A stretch of DNA of 64,000 nucleotides from an uncultured Spirochaetota bacterium. GTDB lineage: Bacteria > Spirochaetota > Brevinematia > Brevinematales > JAOACQ01. The notes beneath the pieces were generated by a model that was not told where the DNA came from, did no database searches, and was given only the letters and a program-made list of their open reading frames with translations. Below, piece after piece: positions 60,971-64,000 of the stretch (the stretch's first letter is position 1; each line of letters opens with the position of its first letter). Made by a program: the position numbers and the translations under genes. The DNA lies in the NCBI GenBank assembly GCA_963835575.1, contig CAWIGG010000002.1:1408001-1472000 (forward strand), given 5' to 3'.

Positions 60971-61287
60971 CATTTATAATAACCCGGCATCATATCCCCT
61001 GAATGAGATACTCTCGCGGCGGTTCGACGCGGCCGAGTACGGGATCCTGGTCCTTAACGCGCAAACATTCGTTTCGTGAATTGGCCCCTGTTATGAGTTT
61101 TAAATTCCTTAACGGGGTTTTTGCCGGAAATTCCATTGAATCACCTTCAAGAAAACAAAGTATGTAAACAATATTCCATTCATTTTTTTATTTGATTTTA
61201 TATCCTGGAATAACTATAATTTCTTTAGCCGGTTTTAAATATCCGGCGAATGGCCCGGTTTTATATAACAAGGGGAGGAGAATATCT

Positions 61288-62399
61288 ATGAAAAAAATAT
61301 TCCCGGGAATGTTAATGACTTTCAGCGTTCTGGCTTTTCTTTCCCTGGTTTCATGTGATCTGTTATATCCACCTGCGTTTTATAATAAGATTGTGAATCA
61401 GGGTTCCAATAACACTAACTCCGGTCCCAGCGGACCAAAGTCATGGCAAGTTGTCGGAAGTCAATATGCAATTACAAATTATACAACGGTCGCGCCAATA
61501 CTCCGAATCAATTCCTCGGGGGTTCCATGCGTGCTGGATGTCGCAGCCAGCAACGCGACTTTCTGGAGCTATAACTCCGGTTCATGGAATGCAATTGTTG
61601 TGACAAATTTGGCCAATCCTATTAGTAATGCGGGAATGATCCTTAATAATGGGGTAACACCATTTATCATAATTTCTGAAACAAGCACTTCAAAGGGTTT
61701 TATTTTTTCCAATATAACAAATCCATTTACTGCACCGGCTCTTACTTATCAGGTCCGGTATCCATCACATCCTCGAATGGTCAGCCTGTTATCGCCAGTG
61801 CCGATACTACGAGTATACATCTAAACATCTATAATTCAGTATGGGTTCAAAATAATATGTCTGCTAATAGCGTAAATTACGCCGACATTCAGTATACCGG
61901 CAATAACTTTTATCTTTTATATCAAACTCCATCAAGCCTGGCAATTGGAACCGGAGCAGACCTGGGCTCATTGGTACTTAGTACTTTTACAATAATAACG
62001 AATTACGACTATTACCCCTCCATGAAAGCCGCGAACGGCCTGGCTTATGCCGCTTATGTAGACTATTTGAACCAGACTAATCTCTATATTTTTAGTTATA
62101 ACGGTAATACTAACCTGATTGGGGCCATTACGAACGGAGGAGCGAAAAGCAGCCCGTCGATAGCAATACAGGACGCGAACCATATTTATGTCGCGGTCAG
62201 CGAGGCATTGGGGGGCACCATAATTACTAATTATATCAGGGTTTATATGTACGACGGTTCGGCCTGGTCCCAGCTGGGCGGCGATTTGATAACGGGCAAA
62301 ATGCCTTCCATCGACATCGCGCCGGATGGGACCCCTTATGTGGCTTCAGTGGATGTTTTTTACGGCGGCGGTAGGATAACCGTACAGGCGTTCCGGTAG
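61288..62399 (+). pseudogene. Lipoprotein (propeller-like) split by a frameshift near 61745
   Basis: LVSC lipobox; the alternative frame LSGPVSITSSNGQPVIAS runs into ORF 61857. Confidence 0.7.
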
Positions 62400-62582
62400 G
62401 CGTTTTAAAACAAAAGCGTCCTGGCAGCTTCCAGATAGTTGTTTTAATAACCTATTAACGATAGAATAATTACCATTAGTAAATATTATTGGTTCCGGTT
62501 CGAGATAAATATCACTCTTTGTTTTGCAATATTTTCATCACTGGTATAATATTACTGACAATAATCGTATTAGGGGGTCATA

Positions 62583-63848
62583 ATGAAAAATTTCATGAAA
62601 ACCGTTCTTCCCATGTTTTCGGCCTCCGTTCTTATGGTTATGCTGTCATGTTCCAATAATCCCGGTTCCGGGGGCAATTCCTCTTCCGGCGGCGGTTCGC
62701 CGGGCGGCGGGACAACCAATTCGGTAACCACGAATGTTTTCATGGCCGGTACTACCAATTATATGGTCATCAATGCCACGAACGTTCAGGGGTTCAGCTT
62801 CAATATAACGAATTTCAGCACAACCAACCTGCCTTACTTTTCAAACATGATCGTTTCTAATGTAGAGATTATGTTTTTATGGCAGAATATTACCAATACC
62901 ACATATACCAATACGCTGATTACCAACCTGGTGTTTACTATTATCGGCTACACGAATATTTCCAGCGTTATCACCAGTTCGGAGACCAATGACATTTATT
63001 TTACCAACTCTTTCAGCCTGACAAACTGCTGGCAGACCATTCAGGATATCTATTCGACCAATTATCAGGCGGTCAATATTACCAATGTGCTGGGGACCAA
63101 CATTGTCTCAACGTATTTTAACACGACCAACGGGACCTGCGTATCGAACTTTGCGGCAGTCAGCGGAACGGTCACCAACCTCTGGAAGAATATCACCAAC
63201 TGTACCATCACCAATGCCGTAACAAACACTATCGGGGCCGGTACGAATGCTTGGATTCTGTTCTATTCGTACACCAACAACACTTATTTTACCAATACTT
63301 TCAACACCAACCTGGTCAGCGTCTATTCAACCGGTTTGGCCTTTACCGTTATGGGCGGGCAGATTACCATCACCAATTACGGCAGCCCGTCCGGGAATAT
63401 CGTCATTCCCTCGACGATTAACGGATATCCGGTGGTCAGTATCGGGAGTAACGCGTTTTATTATTGCACCAACCTCACCAGTGTTGTTATTCCAAACACG
63501 GTGACCAGTATTGGCGTGGGTGCATTCGACTCTTGCACCAGCCTCACCAGCGTGGTCATTCCGAACTCAGTGGTCAGCATTGGAGTTCGTGCATTCATCA
63601 ATTGCGCCAGCCTCACCAACGTTGTCATTCCGAACTCGGTGGTCAATATTGATAATTATGCATTCGCAGGTTGCATCGCACTGAAAAGTTTAAGTATGGA
63701 CAGGTTGACCGCTCCAACTCTCGGCGACTCATCATTTCAGTCTGTCTCCAGTTGTACGCTGCACATTCATTCGGGGACTACGGGTTACAATGTCGCTCCA
63801 TGGACTACAACATCGATATTTAGCTCGATTGTGACTGACTTGCCGTAA
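62583..63848 (+). CDS. Lipoprotein with TN-rich stalk and BspA-type LRRs
   Basis: MLSC lipobox; about 28 TN dipeptides; CTSLTSVVIPNSVVSIG.AF repeats. Confidence 0.88.
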   Translation: MKNFMKTVLPMFSASVLMVMLSCSNNPGSGGNSSSGGGSPGGGTTNSVTTNVFMAGTTNYMVINATNVQGFSFNITNFSTTNLPYFSNMIVSNVEIMFLWQNITNTTYTNTLITNLVFTIIGYTNISSVITSSETNDIYFTNSFSLTNCWQTIQDIYSTNYQAVNITNVLGTNIVSTYFNTTNGTCVSNFAAVSGTVTNLWKNITNCTITNAVTNTIGAGTNAWILFYSYTNNTYFTNTFNTNLVSVYSTGLAFTVMGGQITITNYGSPSGNIVIPSTINGYPVVSIGSNAFYYCTNLTSVVIPNTVTSIGVGAFDSCTSLTSVVIPNSVVSIGVRAFINCASLTNVVIPNSVVNIDNYAFAGCIALKSLSMDRLTAPTLGDSSFQSVSSCTLHIHSGTTGYNVAPWTTTSIFSSIVTDLP

Positions 63849-64000
63849 CCGCGCCGGCGGGCGGGACGGTGCAGGCTTACTGTGCTTCGAACAGCATAAC
63901 ATTCGTGGCGAAGTAAAAGCTAGAAAAGTCTTCAATATTCGCCGGGAAAACGCTCGGATGTGAAATTTCTTCCCGTCTTCTCCCCGGCTTACCGTAAAAT

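Noticed and set aside
2735..63935. Numerous short antisense or alternative-frame ORFs in the ORF track
   Set aside because: They are shadows of longer, motif-supported genes.
1..64000. tRNA, rRNA or prophage genes
   Set aside because: No cloverleaf, rRNA-like sequence or phage structural motifs recognised.

Overview
Bacterial chromosomal accessory region with about 55 CDS or pseudogenes and no rRNA, tRNA or CRISPR that I can see. The spirochaete-type lipoproteins (S/G-C-S lipoboxes, BspA-type LRRs, TN-rich exported proteins) suggest an anaerobic spirochaete, possibly Brevinematales-like; this is inference only. Ordinary content: lipA/lipB, redox enzymes, MFS and MATE transporters, TetR and MerR operons, radical SAM enzymes and two membrane-bound regulators. 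The unusual content is mostly non-coding. (1) A 410-450 bp rod-like palindromic element in three copies (1777, 3015, 7070) whose stems co-vary while bulge sequences stay conserved. (2) A toxin-antitoxin cassette array (25.3-27.6 kb) in which each cassette is bracketed by GCCCGCTAATNACGCGAAT repeats; an architecturally similar ATCCTG repeat family brackets a small gene at 10.0-10.5 kb. (3) A 204-bp MITE in two identical copies plus one diverged copy; one copy splits a hicA toxin gene (TTAA duplication) that the ORF track misses. (4) A low-GC DUF3800 plus Schlafen/AlbA_2 candidate defence island. (5) A lipoprotein array with shared signal peptides and leader elements but different passenger domains, downstream of a hybrid kinase-LuxR protein and a candidate operator. 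(6) An IS1182-family element inside an ankyrin/hydrolase pseudogene. All family calls come from motif recognition by eye, not from database searches.
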